Translations under genes and position numbers: made by a program
The notes under the pieces: model-generated
The model's database searches: none
Seen by the model: the letters and a program-made list of their open reading frames with translations, nothing else
Told to the model about the DNA's origin: nothing
Source of the DNA: an uncultured Clostridium sp.
GTDB lineage: Bacteria; Bacillota_I; Bacilli_A; RF39; UBA660
Reading direction: 5' to 3'
Assembly: GCA_946402315.1 (NCBI GenBank)
Contig: CAMIWC010000005.1
Span: 854 to 64,853 of the forward strand
DNA length: 64,000 nucleotides
Shown: piece after piece, positions 17,598 to 27,684 of the stretch
How the letters are laid out: every line of letters starts with the position of its first letter
Numbering within the stretch: position 1 is the stretch's first letter

Positions 17598-18782
17598 TTA
17601 TAATAAGTCTTCATAATTATTTTCTTTTTTCTCAGTAATTGTAATAGTATTTATATCCTCTACACATTTATTTAGAAGAGTTTCATAATCAAATTTTGAT
17701 TCTTCTATTAAACATTGTTCTAATTTTGGATTAATTACTGGATGTTTTGGTACAAAGATTGTACAACAATCTTCAAAAGGGAGAATAGATATATCATATG
17801 TATCTATTTTTTTAGCTATGTCTATTATCTCTAATTTATCAAGACAAGCTACCGGACGTATAATAGGCATATTAGTAACATTATTAATTACTGACATACT
17901 ACTAAGTGTTTGAGAAGCAACTTGACCAATAGATTCACCATTAGTTATTACTTTGCAGTTGTTCTTTTTAGCAACAATCTCACTTATACGATACATCATA
18001 CGTCTCATAATAGTAATACAATAATCTTCTCTAACATAGTGATAGATTGATTCTTGTAGAGCTGTAAAAGATACGATATGTAGATTAATCTTATAAGTAT
18101 ATTTAGATAATTTTCTAGCAAGTTCTATTACTTTATTTCTAGCTTCAATAGATGTATGAGGCATAGATTCAAAATAGATACAATCTAGGGCTACTCCTCT
18201 TTTTAAAGTAAGATATCCAGCTACTGGAGAATCTATTCCTCCACTAAGCATTAATAATCCTTTACCTAAAGTACCACTAGGATATCCACCTAATCCTCGA
18301 TATTCATCAGTATAAATATATGTATATCCTTCTCTTATTTCAACATGAATAATAAGTTCAGGATAATTAACATCTACTTTCATATCTTCAACATTTTTAA
18401 GAACTACTCCACCTAGTCTAGCTGAGAACTCTACACTGTTTATTGGAAAAGTTTTATCACTTCTTTTAGTTTCTATTTTAAAAGTATGTTTCCCACTATT
18501 TTTAGCTACTTCAATTACTTTAGAATCTATATCTTCTATTTCACTATATACTCGATCTGCAACTACATATTCATGAATTCCAAAGATATTATTAATTATT
18601 TCTAGTACTCCAGGAAGTTCTTCATCTTCAAATTCAATATACATTCTAGAAATATCTTTATGTACTTTAACTTCTTTACCTTTTAATTTTTCTTTTACAT
18701 TGTCATATAAAGTATTAACAAAGAACTTGCGATTACCTTTTTTAGTAGTTAGTTCTCCATATTTAATCATTATTACTTGCAT
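17598..18782 (-). CDS. thiI: tRNA 4-thiouridine(8) synthase ThiI
   Basis: GELTTKKGNR N-terminus, THUMP-like middle region and PP-loop LLMLSGGIDSPVA. Confidence 0.9.
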   Translation of the reverse strand: MQVIMIKYGELTTKKGNRKFFVNTLYDNVKEKLKGKEVKVHKDISRMYIEFEDEELPGVLEIINNIFGIHEYVVADRVYSEIEDIDSKVIEVAKNSGKHTFKIETKRSDKTFPINSVEFSARLGGVVLKNVEDMKVDVNYPELIIHVEIREGYTYIYTDEYRGLGGYPSGTLGKGLLMLSGGIDSPVAGYLTLKRGVALDCIYFESMPHTSIEARNKVIELARKLSKYTYKINLHIVSFTALQESIYHYVREDYCITIMRRMMYRISEIVAKKNNCKVITNGESIGQVASQTLSSMSVINNVTNMPIIRPVACLDKLEIIDIAKKIDTYDISILPFEDCCTIFVPKHPVINPKLEQCLIEESKFDYETLLNKCVEDINTITITEKKENNYEDLL

Positions 18783-18792
18783 ATATTCACCT

Positions 18793-19986
18793 CTATAAAG
18801 TTCTTACCCAGAACGAAACATATTTAGATATTAAATCATATCCAGCTGGAGATAAAGAGAAATTATCTTCAGTAATTTTTTCCTTCTTTAATAAATCTTT
18901 GTAAGAAACTTTATTATTTCCTTCAAATATTTCACCATCATATAAATTTAAGTACTTAATATTATGTTTATCACATATTCTTATAGTTAATTCTACTAGA
19001 TTATCTAGGTCTAAATCTTTAACTTCGTATGGAATAATAAAACCTATCTTACTATCTTTATGTTCTTCTTCTAATCTAGTAAATATATAATCTAAAGATC
19101 CAGCATAAGTACCATTACTAATACTTTCTAAATTACCTAGTTCTTTTTCAGTTAATAAATCATTAATACCACCAGTAATAATTATATAGTCATATTCTTC
19201 ATTTTTTATTCTATCTAAATCATTAATAATAGAATTATCAGAATCTGTTATAGTTTTACCATTACTACTATAGTTGTACCAATCCATATAATTAGCAAGT
19301 CCTACACGAGCTGCGAATCCACCATAACGGTCATTACTAGCACGAGTTACATCATCACCAATAAAAACTATCTTTTTATTTTCTAATTCTTCAAAATAAT
19401 TATAATATACAGTTTGTTCTATTGTAGTAGATAATCCATTATTAGCAATAGCTTTACAACTAAGATTAGCACTATATTCATCTATATCATCTAAATTACA
19501 TTTAAAACTCTTAATACCAGTACTAGCTTCTACTTTAAACATATCTTTATAATCTATATCATTATCTTTTTTATTAATAATAATATTATTATATAAAGAT
19601 TCTATTTTAGGACGTCCTGCATCTACTAAGTAATAATTATCATCACAGTTAATAGTATAATTATCTTTATTTGTAATCTTTAAACATATATGTTGCTTAT
19701 TATTATATTCTGGATAATCTATATCAACATTTATTATTCGCTTACTATTATCAATTTCATATGGTAAAAAATCAGAACATTCTTCTTCCGTAGTAAAACA
19801 GTATTCAATAGTTCTTACACTATTATTAAAGTTAAATATAATTGCTTTAGCATTTACTTCTGTATAATATGGTGCTTTTCCTTTCTTAGTAGTATACATA
19901 ATATTTAAAGATGAATTATATAAACAACAAAGGAAAACAAATGCATTAAAAACAAATAGTACTGAAAATATAATTTTTTTAATCAT
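18793..19986 (-). CDS. Membrane-anchored SGNH/GDSL-fold protein with atypical block I/V residues
   Basis: N-terminal TM. FIGDDVT (GDS-like, Ser replaced) and TGGINDL (GxND block). Start moved to the ATG with SD AGGAG. Confidence 0.4.
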   Translation of the reverse strand: MIKKIIFSVLFVFNAFVFLCCLYNSSLNIMYTTKKGKAPYYTEVNAKAIIFNFNNSVRTIEYCFTTEEECSDFLPYEIDNSKRIINVDIDYPEYNNKQHICLKITNKDNYTINCDDNYYLVDAGRPKIESLYNNIIINKKDNDIDYKDMFKVEASTGIKSFKCNLDDIDEYSANLSCKAIANNGLSTTIEQTVYYNYFEELENKKIVFIGDDVTRASNDRYGGFAARVGLANYMDWYNYSSNGKTITDSDNSIINDLDRIKNEEYDYIIITGGINDLLTEKELGNLESISNGTYAGSLDYIFTRLEEEHKDSKIGFIIPYEVKDLDLDNLVELTIRICDKHNIKYLNLYDGEIFEGNNKVSYKDLLKKEKITEDNFSLSPAGYDLISKYVSFWVRTL

Positions 19987-20062
19987 AAAATCTCCTAAGC
20001 ATTTTCTATTATATAAGTTATACTGTTTTTTTTCAATAAACAAAAAAATAGACTTGTTAAGT

Positions 20063-20719
20063 CTATTCTACAGATACTATTGAAAGTAAGTCATCTTTTT
20101 CATGAATAATAGTTATAGTCGCACTAGTTTGGTACTTACCACTATTATCTTCATAAGTCCAAGAAATCGCTACAAAATAAGCATTATTATCATTAATATC
20201 TATCGTTTTATCAGTACTAGTATAGGTATATCTTTTAGATACAATATCCGTTTTAGTTATTTCTTTAACAACAGGTAATTTTTGTTTACGATCTCCATAA
20301 ACATTACTCTTTACATATTTATAGATAGTATCAGTTGCTTTTAATGCAAAATTATCTCTAATTGGACTATATACATAATCAAGTCCACCTACATCTTGAT
20401 TAGTAATATGTGTATCTAAAGAATAAAAGTCTATTACAAATAATCTAGCTATTAATTTAGCATATTCTTCTTCATCAATTTCTTCTTTATTTAATACTTC
20501 TTTTAATTCTTCAAAATACTTTTTATATAAACTAGTATTATTCTTGTATAAGTTATAATCATAGTTCTCTATCTTATCTATTTTTTCATGCTTAGTACTA
20601 GTTTTATTATCTTTTTTAGGTGCATTTTTAATAATTAAGAAAGTAACTAATACAATAACAAGTACTAATAAAATAATTATAAAAGGCATAATACTCTTTT
20701 TCTTTTTTCTTCTACTCAT
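20063..20719 (-). CDS. Hypothetical single-pass membrane protein
   Basis: MSRRKKKK followed by a TM helix. No recognizable domain. The start lies 1 nt after the upstream stop. Confidence 0.5.
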   Translation of the reverse strand: MSRRKKKKSIMPFIIILLVLVIVLVTFLIIKNAPKKDNKTSTKHEKIDKIENYDYNLYKNNTSLYKKYFEELKEVLNKEEIDEEEYAKLIARLFVIDFYSLDTHITNQDVGGLDYVYSPIRDNFALKATDTIYKYVKSNVYGDRKQKLPVVKEITKTDIVSKRYTYTSTDKTIDINDNNAYFVAISWTYEDNSGKYQTSATITIIHEKDDLLSIVSVE

Positions 20720-20720
20720 A

Positions 20721-22841
20721 TTAATTACTAGCTCCCTCAATAATTTTAGATTCATTGAAGTCATCATTTTTCTCTTTTTCTTTTTCTAATAAATCATAAA
20801 CAATAATACTATTAGAAACACCTAATAACTTCTCTGCATATTCACTTCTAGTACTTACATAATCTTCTGGTAATGCAGTCTTTTCTATCATATAAGTCTC
20901 ATTCTTTTGAGCATTATAATAGACTTTGTTAGTTAACCAGTTACCAGTAGGGAATACAACGATATTATCTTTTTCTTTTAGGTTAAATATATCATTACCT
21001 AAAGCATATTTGTTATAAATACCTAACATATTTCCTAGAGTAGGCATAACATCATACATTCCCATAACAGTATCTATTTTTCTATTCATAGATACACCTT
21101 TAATTTTCTTTTCTTTAGTCCAAATAATAAAAGGGGTTTTTCTATTAAGTTCATAAGCATAACTATCAAATTCAACATATCTAGGATCATCTTTATCATA
21201 TATAGAATCATTTAAATAATCATAATTATATAATCTTACATAATCAGATTTAGGAAGTCTTGCGTCATGGTCTCCATATAAGACTACAACAGCGTTATCA
21301 AGTAGACCTCTATTATCTAAATCTTCTAGGAATTCACCTAATGCTTCATCAGCATAATGTACTGATTTTAAATATCTACCCAATTTAGTTCCTTCCATAT
21401 ATGGATAAGTATTTGTTACAACTTCTCCATTTGCGGTTTCTTCTTCAACAGTTAAAGTTACATCATAACCATCTTCTATATAGAAAGGAGTATGGTTGGT
21501 TAAAGTAATTATAGTTGCATAGAATCTATTTTGATTTTTAGATAGTTCTTCTAATTTTTCAGCAGTTTGTCTAAAGAATGATTTATCTGATAAACCAAGA
21601 CCAATCTTTTCATCTATATCATATTTACTCTTACCAACTATTTCATCATATCCTAATGATTTATGCATAACACTTCTATTCCAGTATGAAGCAACATTAC
21701 CATGGAATGAAGAAGCATAGTAACCTTTTTCTTTTAATAGTTTAGGTGTAGATACGTAAGTACGATCAAAGTATGATACAAAAGCAGTACCATTATTAGA
21801 TGGCATAAGCCCAGTATTAAATGTGAACTCACTATCACTACTTGTACCTACACTAACTTGAGTATAGAAATTATTAAAATATAGTCCACTATTAGCTAAT
21901 TTAGTTAAATTAGGTGCAACTAATTCTCCATTAATTTCAAATCCTATAACGAAGTCTTGAATACTTTCAGCGTGAATTACTATTACATTTCTTCCTTCTA
22001 GAATATTAGAATATTTATTCTTAACTGCTTCGTTAGGTTTTTCTCTAAAGTAATCATGGAACTTTCTAGCAGCTTCATCATATCCAAATAAAGCTGATAT
22101 CTTAGGTTCTACACTCTTAATAATATCATTAGCTTGATATACATATATTCCATATTTAATAACAATGTACTCTCTATTCCATTGTTTAGAAATACGACTT
22201 AAATCAGTAGATGTTAAAGTAGAAGCAAATATAGATGCTACTATAGTTGCTAATAACATAGTACTAAAACATTTTCTTTTCTCTTTATTATGAGTTTCTA
22301 CATTAGAAAAATATGGTTTTCTAGATAGTTTAAAGAATATTACTAGTAATATTATAGGCACTAATAAATAACAAAAATCTTTTATTTCTAGAATATCTAC
22401 AATCGCATCACTAACATCTTCTCCATATTTAGCAGTAGATATAAGAGATACTGATACATATGAAGAATAAAAAGTATAATATACCGAGTTAATTACACAG
22501 ATTAAAGAAAATATCAACGAAAAAAAATACCAATAAAACATTCTAAATCTATGTCTCATTAAATAACCAAAAGAACCGATAAAAGTTACAATCGCTATAT
22601 CTGCTAAGAATGGTTGAAATTCAGTTATATTACTAGCACTACCAGTAGTTAAATATCTAACTAAAACACCATTAATAACATTAAATAAAACATATAGACA
22701 AAAGAATATATTAGTTGATATATATAGTTTTATATCACGGAAAATATCAATTATCCTAGCAATCGGATCATTAATAAATCCTTTAAAAGATTTCTTTACT
22801 CTATTAGATAAATTGTTTTTCTTACTCTTCATCTTTTTCAT
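20721..22841 (-). CDS. ltaS: LTA synthase family protein (multi-TM N-terminus plus extracellular sulfatase domain)
   Basis: Five N-terminal TM helices followed by a sulfatase-fold domain (VIVIHAESIQ, TSSDSEFT, YGDHDA). Confidence 0.8.
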   Translation of the reverse strand: MKKMKSKKNNLSNRVKKSFKGFINDPIARIIDIFRDIKLYISTNIFFCLYVLFNVINGVLVRYLTTGSASNITEFQPFLADIAIVTFIGSFGYLMRHRFRMFYWYFFSLIFSLICVINSVYYTFYSSYVSVSLISTAKYGEDVSDAIVDILEIKDFCYLLVPIILLVIFFKLSRKPYFSNVETHNKEKRKCFSTMLLATIVASIFASTLTSTDLSRISKQWNREYIVIKYGIYVYQANDIIKSVEPKISALFGYDEAARKFHDYFREKPNEAVKNKYSNILEGRNVIVIHAESIQDFVIGFEINGELVAPNLTKLANSGLYFNNFYTQVSVGTSSDSEFTFNTGLMPSNNGTAFVSYFDRTYVSTPKLLKEKGYYASSFHGNVASYWNRSVMHKSLGYDEIVGKSKYDIDEKIGLGLSDKSFFRQTAEKLEELSKNQNRFYATIITLTNHTPFYIEDGYDVTLTVEEETANGEVVTNTYPYMEGTKLGRYLKSVHYADEALGEFLEDLDNRGLLDNAVVVLYGDHDARLPKSDYVRLYNYDYLNDSIYDKDDPRYVEFDSYAYELNRKTPFIIWTKEKKIKGVSMNRKIDTVMGMYDVMPTLGNMLGIYNKYALGNDIFNLKEKDNIVVFPTGNWLTNKVYYNAQKNETYMIEKTALPEDYVSTRSEYAEKLLGVSNSIIVYDLLEKEKEKNDDFNESKIIEGASN

Positions 22842-22899
22842 AATATACCTCTTTTAAATTCAATATAATTTTATATCAAATCATAAAAAAAGGAAATAG

Positions 22900-23715
22900 T
22901 TATATTTCCTTTTCTTCATATTTACTAACATTTAAAGCTATACCCATAACGTACATATAGGATAAGAAATAAATCCACCATAATAATATTATTATATTTG
23001 AAATACTTCCATAGATAGTACTAAAATTTAGTAATGAACTTAAATACATTGAATAAATCTTAGTAAAAATTACCCATGATAAACTAGTAAATAAAGCTCC
23101 ATAATTAACATGTTTTCTACTTATCTTTGCATCAGGAGATACAATATATAACAACTTAATAGATAAGAATATAAAGATCCATGAAAGAGGTAGATTTAAC
23201 ATATTATAAAGATTCCTAATATGATGAGATACATCATTATGGAAGACAAGATTTATTGTTTTAGTTATATAGTTACCAAGAACTGGTACAACCATAACAA
23301 ATAAAAATAATAATATTAATATTAGTAACATTCCTAAAGACTTTAATCTATCATAGAAAAATCCTCTATTCTTAATTTTATATACTTTATTAGATATAAC
23401 AATCAAAGAATAAGTACCATTACTTGCTAAAACAAGAGCTGATACAAAGAAGATAATATTATTCATCTTAGCACTATTTAAATTAGAAACTAATTTAAAA
23501 ATAGTAACTATTTCAGTAGGAAGTTGTCTCTCTACTAATGAATTAATAAAACTATCTGATATATTTAAATTAGAACTTATCGCAATAATTAAAGCAAATA
23601 TAGGAACTATCGTTAAGAGAAAGAAAAATGCAAGTTGTCCAGGAAGCATACGAATATCAGGAGACTGAATATTTTTCTTTAACCTCTTATATAAAGCTTT
23701 AAATCTTTTTTTCAT
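22900..23715 (-). CDS. YihY/BrkB family membrane protein
   Basis: Six-TM protein with an N-terminus (MLPGQLAFFFLLTIVP) typical of the YihY family. Confidence 0.65.
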   Translation of the reverse strand: MKKRFKALYKRLKKNIQSPDIRMLPGQLAFFFLLTIVPIFALIIAISSNLNISDSFINSLVERQLPTEIVTIFKLVSNLNSAKMNNIIFFVSALVLASNGTYSLIVISNKVYKIKNRGFFYDRLKSLGMLLILILLFLFVMVVPVLGNYITKTINLVFHNDVSHHIRNLYNMLNLPLSWIFIFLSIKLLYIVSPDAKISRKHVNYGALFTSLSWVIFTKIYSMYLSSLLNFSTIYGSISNIIILLWWIYFLSYMYVMGIALNVSKYEEKEI

Positions 23716-25751
23716 TATTTATAATCCTCTTTATTAGTACGCATTTCTAAAGTGGCTTCATTAATTGCATCATCTATTGTTTTCATACCATCTTTAATAG
23801 TACTATATCCAATAGCGGCACCAAATCCATAACTTAATTCTTTTAATTCTTTAGTAAGTTTCTTAGTATAAATCTCTACTTGTTTATCACTATAACCTAC
23901 CATATATATTAAGAACTCATTACCATCAGTACGAATTATTTCACTATTTTCAAGTTGAGTATTAAGAAGTGTTGAAGCAGCTTGAACAATTAATTTATCT
24001 CCAGCTTCATGTCCATAGTTATCATTAACATACTTAACATTATTCAAGTCAATAATAACAACTGTCTTAGGATATTTTTCACTATTGTTCCATGAATCCA
24101 TATTGAAGTTTAAGTAACTTCTGTTCTTTAGAGAAGTTAAATTATCAATATATTTTCTTCTTTCTTCTTTACGTACTTTTTTAACTACTTTTTTCTTCTT
24201 AACAATTATATATAAAGCAATAAATATAAGTACTGGTATTAATATAATGATTAAGATAATTAAATATAATTCTTCAAAACTCTTATCATCTACAGCACTA
24301 ACATTTTTTATTTCATTAATTCCTGTATTACGATAACGATAATAAGAATTAGTATTGATTAAAAAGTCAAAGACATTATAGAAGTCTACTTCTCCATCTT
24401 TAATCATAAATGAATAATCTTTAGCAATACTATTAATATATAAAACTTCATAATTCTTAAACTTACTATTACGATAGTAATTATATACTTCTAAATCTAC
24501 TATTAAGATATTATCCTTACTCTTCTTAAGCATTTCATCATAAGATGAGTACTCACTAATATTAGCTTTACTATTATCTTTGAAATAATTAAATAAAGCT
24601 GTTTTACCTAACATACTAATATTTTTACCTTTAAGTGATTCAAAAGATGTAACAATATTTGATGATTTAGTTTTAGAAATAGCAACATATTTTTCAACAA
24701 ACACTGAAGTAGTTTCATCATAATTTTCATTAGCAAAATCATAATAGTTAAAGTATACATCTACTTCTTTATTTTCTACGGCTTTTAATAAATCATCTAT
24801 TGTTTTATATTTTTTAAATTCAAAATCAATACCAGTTAATCTATTTATACGTGAAATATATTCTCCACAAATACCAACTAGTTTTTTACCTCTTTTTACT
24901 TCATAAGGATAATTCTCTACATAACCATAAACATAAGTTTTAGCTTGTAAAGCACTAGCACTACTATCAGAAATACCTTTTTGTTCAACATAATACTTAA
25001 ATAAAGCATTATTATAATCATTTACATAATGATTTTCTTTCCAAGAATTAAAATATTTCTTAGTAATAGAATTAAACTTATTATTTTTATCATCTAAAGT
25101 AAGTACTATCTTTTTAGACATTTCAGATACAGTATAGTTTATTTTATAACCATCTTTTAAAGTTTGATCTAAATACATAATATTAGGAATAATAATAGTA
25201 TCTACTTCTTTATTATCTAGTCCTTTAAATAAACTTTCTGAATCACTATATTTTTTATAAACTAAGTTACTTACATTACTCATATAATAACTAACTTCAG
25301 ATATATCTGACTCTAGTACTCCTAACTTAGTTTGAGCAAGATTAGATAAATCATCTATTCTTTTATCTTCTTTACTAACTATTACATAGACATCTTGTCC
25401 AATTAATAAATCTTTATCAGTTAATTCTTCATCATTAGAAAGAATTCTAATACGATATCCTTCAGTAGTAGTTTCTTTCTCTTTAGAATAACTAATTCTA
25501 TTAAATTCAATCTTTCCAGCTGTTTCATATCCATTAATGAAACTAGCAAATACACCATCTTTATCTCCATATACTGGATAATCTGATGGAATTTCTATAT
25601 CTACTAATGAATCTATATTATTTTCTAACCAATTTCGATCAGTAATATTTAAGGAGTTACTATCTTCTCTATAGTAATAGAAATATACTCCAATAAATAC
25701 TAGTACTGCGATTAAAAGGGGAATAAGTATAATAAATTTTTTACCTTTCAT
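23715..25751 (-). CDS. Membrane protein with two extracytoplasmic solute-binding-like domains and a degenerate GGDEF domain
   Basis: N-terminal TM, ~480-aa periplasmic-type region, second TM, then DNLTSLKNR...GHEAGDKL...RTDGNEF, so the GGDEF motif reads DGNEF. Confidence 0.75.
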   Translation of the reverse strand: MKGKKFIILIPLLIAVLVFIGVYFYYYREDSNSLNITDRNWLENNIDSLVDIEIPSDYPVYGDKDGVFASFINGYETAGKIEFNRISYSKEKETTTEGYRIRILSNDEELTDKDLLIGQDVYVIVSKEDKRIDDLSNLAQTKLGVLESDISEVSYYMSNVSNLVYKKYSDSESLFKGLDNKEVDTIIIPNIMYLDQTLKDGYKINYTVSEMSKKIVLTLDDKNNKFNSITKKYFNSWKENHYVNDYNNALFKYYVEQKGISDSSASALQAKTYVYGYVENYPYEVKRGKKLVGICGEYISRINRLTGIDFEFKKYKTIDDLLKAVENKEVDVYFNYYDFANENYDETTSVFVEKYVAISKTKSSNIVTSFESLKGKNISMLGKTALFNYFKDNSKANISEYSSYDEMLKKSKDNILIVDLEVYNYYRNSKFKNYEVLYINSIAKDYSFMIKDGEVDFYNVFDFLINTNSYYRYRNTGINEIKNVSAVDDKSFEELYLIILIIILIPVLIFIALYIIVKKKKVVKKVRKEERRKYIDNLTSLKNRSYLNFNMDSWNNSEKYPKTVVIIDLNNVKYVNDNYGHEAGDKLIVQAASTLLNTQLENSEIIRTDGNEFLIYMVGYSDKQVEIYTKKLTKELKELSYGFGAAIGYSTIKDGMKTIDDAINEATLEMRTNKEDYK

Positions 25752-25760
25752 ATAATTCTC

Positions 25761-26228
25761 CTATCTATCCTTTGTCCATGATACTTTCTTATTACCATAG
25801 TGTTTATATCCAATTATTGGAAAATCAGTTTTAGTAGCGTCTTCTTTATATACATAGAATTGTAATGAGAAGAAAGATAATTGTTCTTCAGTAAAATTAC
25901 TAACAAATTCTTCACACATTTTTTTAGCATTAACATCAGTTAATTCATCTTTAGCTTTAATTCTAATATTGATAATTCTACCTTCTTCTCGATACTCTAC
26001 CTCTAGAACATCTTCATTAGCTAGTATATTATTTTTAACTGTTTTTACTTCTTCATCAGTTAACTCATAATTTTCTATTCCATCTAGTCTATTACCATAA
26101 GCAGCTTTGTCATTATTATCCCAATATAGGTTTTTAAGATAAGCTAGTACAAACATTAAAACTACAAATAGAATAAGAATAAATATAGTTAAAAGATTAT
26201 TTTTAATTAGTTTTAATACAGACTTCAT
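25761..26228 (-). CDS. Hypothetical membrane-anchored protein
   Basis: Single N-terminal TM. No recognizable motif. Confidence 0.5.
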   Translation of the reverse strand: MKSVLKLIKNNLLTIFILILFVVLMFVLAYLKNLYWDNNDKAAYGNRLDGIENYELTDEEVKTVKNNILANEDVLEVEYREEGRIINIRIKAKDELTDVNAKKMCEEFVSNFTEEQLSFFSLQFYVYKEDATKTDFPIIGYKHYGNKKVSWTKDR

Positions 26229-26268
26229 TTTATTCCTCCTTAGTATATATAATTATACACCAGTAAAA

Positions 26269-27684
26269 CTACTTCTTCAATTCTTCTTCTAGTAACTTAT
26301 TAACTAATTCAGGATTAGCTGAACCTTTTGTTTCTTTCATAATTTGACCCATTAAATACTTAATAGCACGTTCATTTCCATTTTTGTAATCAGTAACACT
26401 ACTAGTATTATTATCAAGTACTGTTTTAATTACATTAATAAGTTCATTAGGATCACTAATAATCTTAATTCCTTTAGATTCAATAATTTCATCTACAGAA
26501 GATTCTGATTCCATTAAATCATTAATAATATCTTTAAAGACCTTACTATTAATAGAACCATCTTTTAATTTATCAACTACATCAATAAATTTATCTTTAT
26601 AAAGATTAGTATCAAATATAGTCTTTTCGGCTTTATTTAAGTATGCAGATATATCTCCTAATAAAAGATTAGATGCGATTACAAAATCAATATCTGTATC
26701 TAAGAATAGATTTAAATAATTAGATAAATCTCTATTTTGAATAATCTTATTAGCATTTAATGTAGATATTCCACGACTAACGTACTCTTTTCTTCTTTCA
26801 CCAGCAAGCATAGGAATAGTACTTCTTACTTCTTCAATCATTTCATCTGTAATCTCTACAAATGGAATATCTGGTTCTGGGAAATAACGATAGTCATTTC
26901 CAGCTTCTTTAACACGCATCATGATAGTTTTATCATTCTTTTCATCATAACGATAAGTTGCAAAAGCTACCTCTCCACCATTTTCAAGTAATTCTTCTTG
27001 ACGTTCTGCTTCTTTAGTAATAGCACGTCCTACATTACTAATAGATCCAATGTTTTTAATTTCAGCACGAGTACCTAACTCATCTGTTTTACTGATTGAA
27101 ATATTAACATCACATCTCATTGAACCTTCTTCAATCTTACAATCAGAAATATCAGCATATAAGAATAATTCTCTTAATTTTTCTACATATGCCATTGCTT
27201 CTTCTGGAGTATGCATATCTGCTTCTGTAACTATTTCTACTAATGGTACACCAGCACGATTAAAATCTAAGAACGAATGATGTTTATAGTGGATTGCCTT
27301 ACATGTATCCTCTTCAATATGAATGTCATGAATTCTTACCTTTTTCTCTTCTCCATTAACATCTATCATTACATATCCATTAACTCCAATAGGAGTTTCA
27401 GCTTGAGTAATTTGATATCCTTTAGGTAAGTCTGGATAAAAATAATTCTTACGATCAAAATGCATTAATTTATTAATATCACAGTTAAGGATTAAAGCTG
27501 CTTTTAAAGCAGTTCTAATAACATTTTCATTTAATGTAGGAAGTACTCCTGGATAACCTAAATCAACAACATTAACGTTACTATTAGCAGTAGTACCATA
27601 TCCATTAATACTATTTGAATATATCTTAGTATTTGTTTTTAATTCACAGTGTATTTCAATACCTATTGTTTTCTTGTATTCCAT
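26269..27684 (-). CDS. gatB: Asp/Glu-tRNA amidotransferase subunit B
   Basis: IGIEIHCELKT, DLGYPGVLP and the C-terminal GatB/YqeY domain. Confidence 0.95.
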   Translation of the reverse strand: MEYKKTIGIEIHCELKTNTKIYSNSINGYGTTANSNVNVVDLGYPGVLPTLNENVIRTALKAALILNCDINKLMHFDRKNYFYPDLPKGYQITQAETPIGVNGYVMIDVNGEEKKVRIHDIHIEEDTCKAIHYKHHSFLDFNRAGVPLVEIVTEADMHTPEEAMAYVEKLRELFLYADISDCKIEEGSMRCDVNISISKTDELGTRAEIKNIGSISNVGRAITKEAERQEELLENGGEVAFATYRYDEKNDKTIMMRVKEAGNDYRYFPEPDIPFVEITDEMIEEVRSTIPMLAGERRKEYVSRGISTLNANKIIQNRDLSNYLNLFLDTDIDFVIASNLLLGDISAYLNKAEKTIFDTNLYKDKFIDVVDKLKDGSINSKVFKDIINDLMESESSVDEIIESKGIKIISDPNELINVIKTVLDNNTSSVTDYKNGNERAIKYLMGQIMKETKGSANPELVNKLLEEELKK

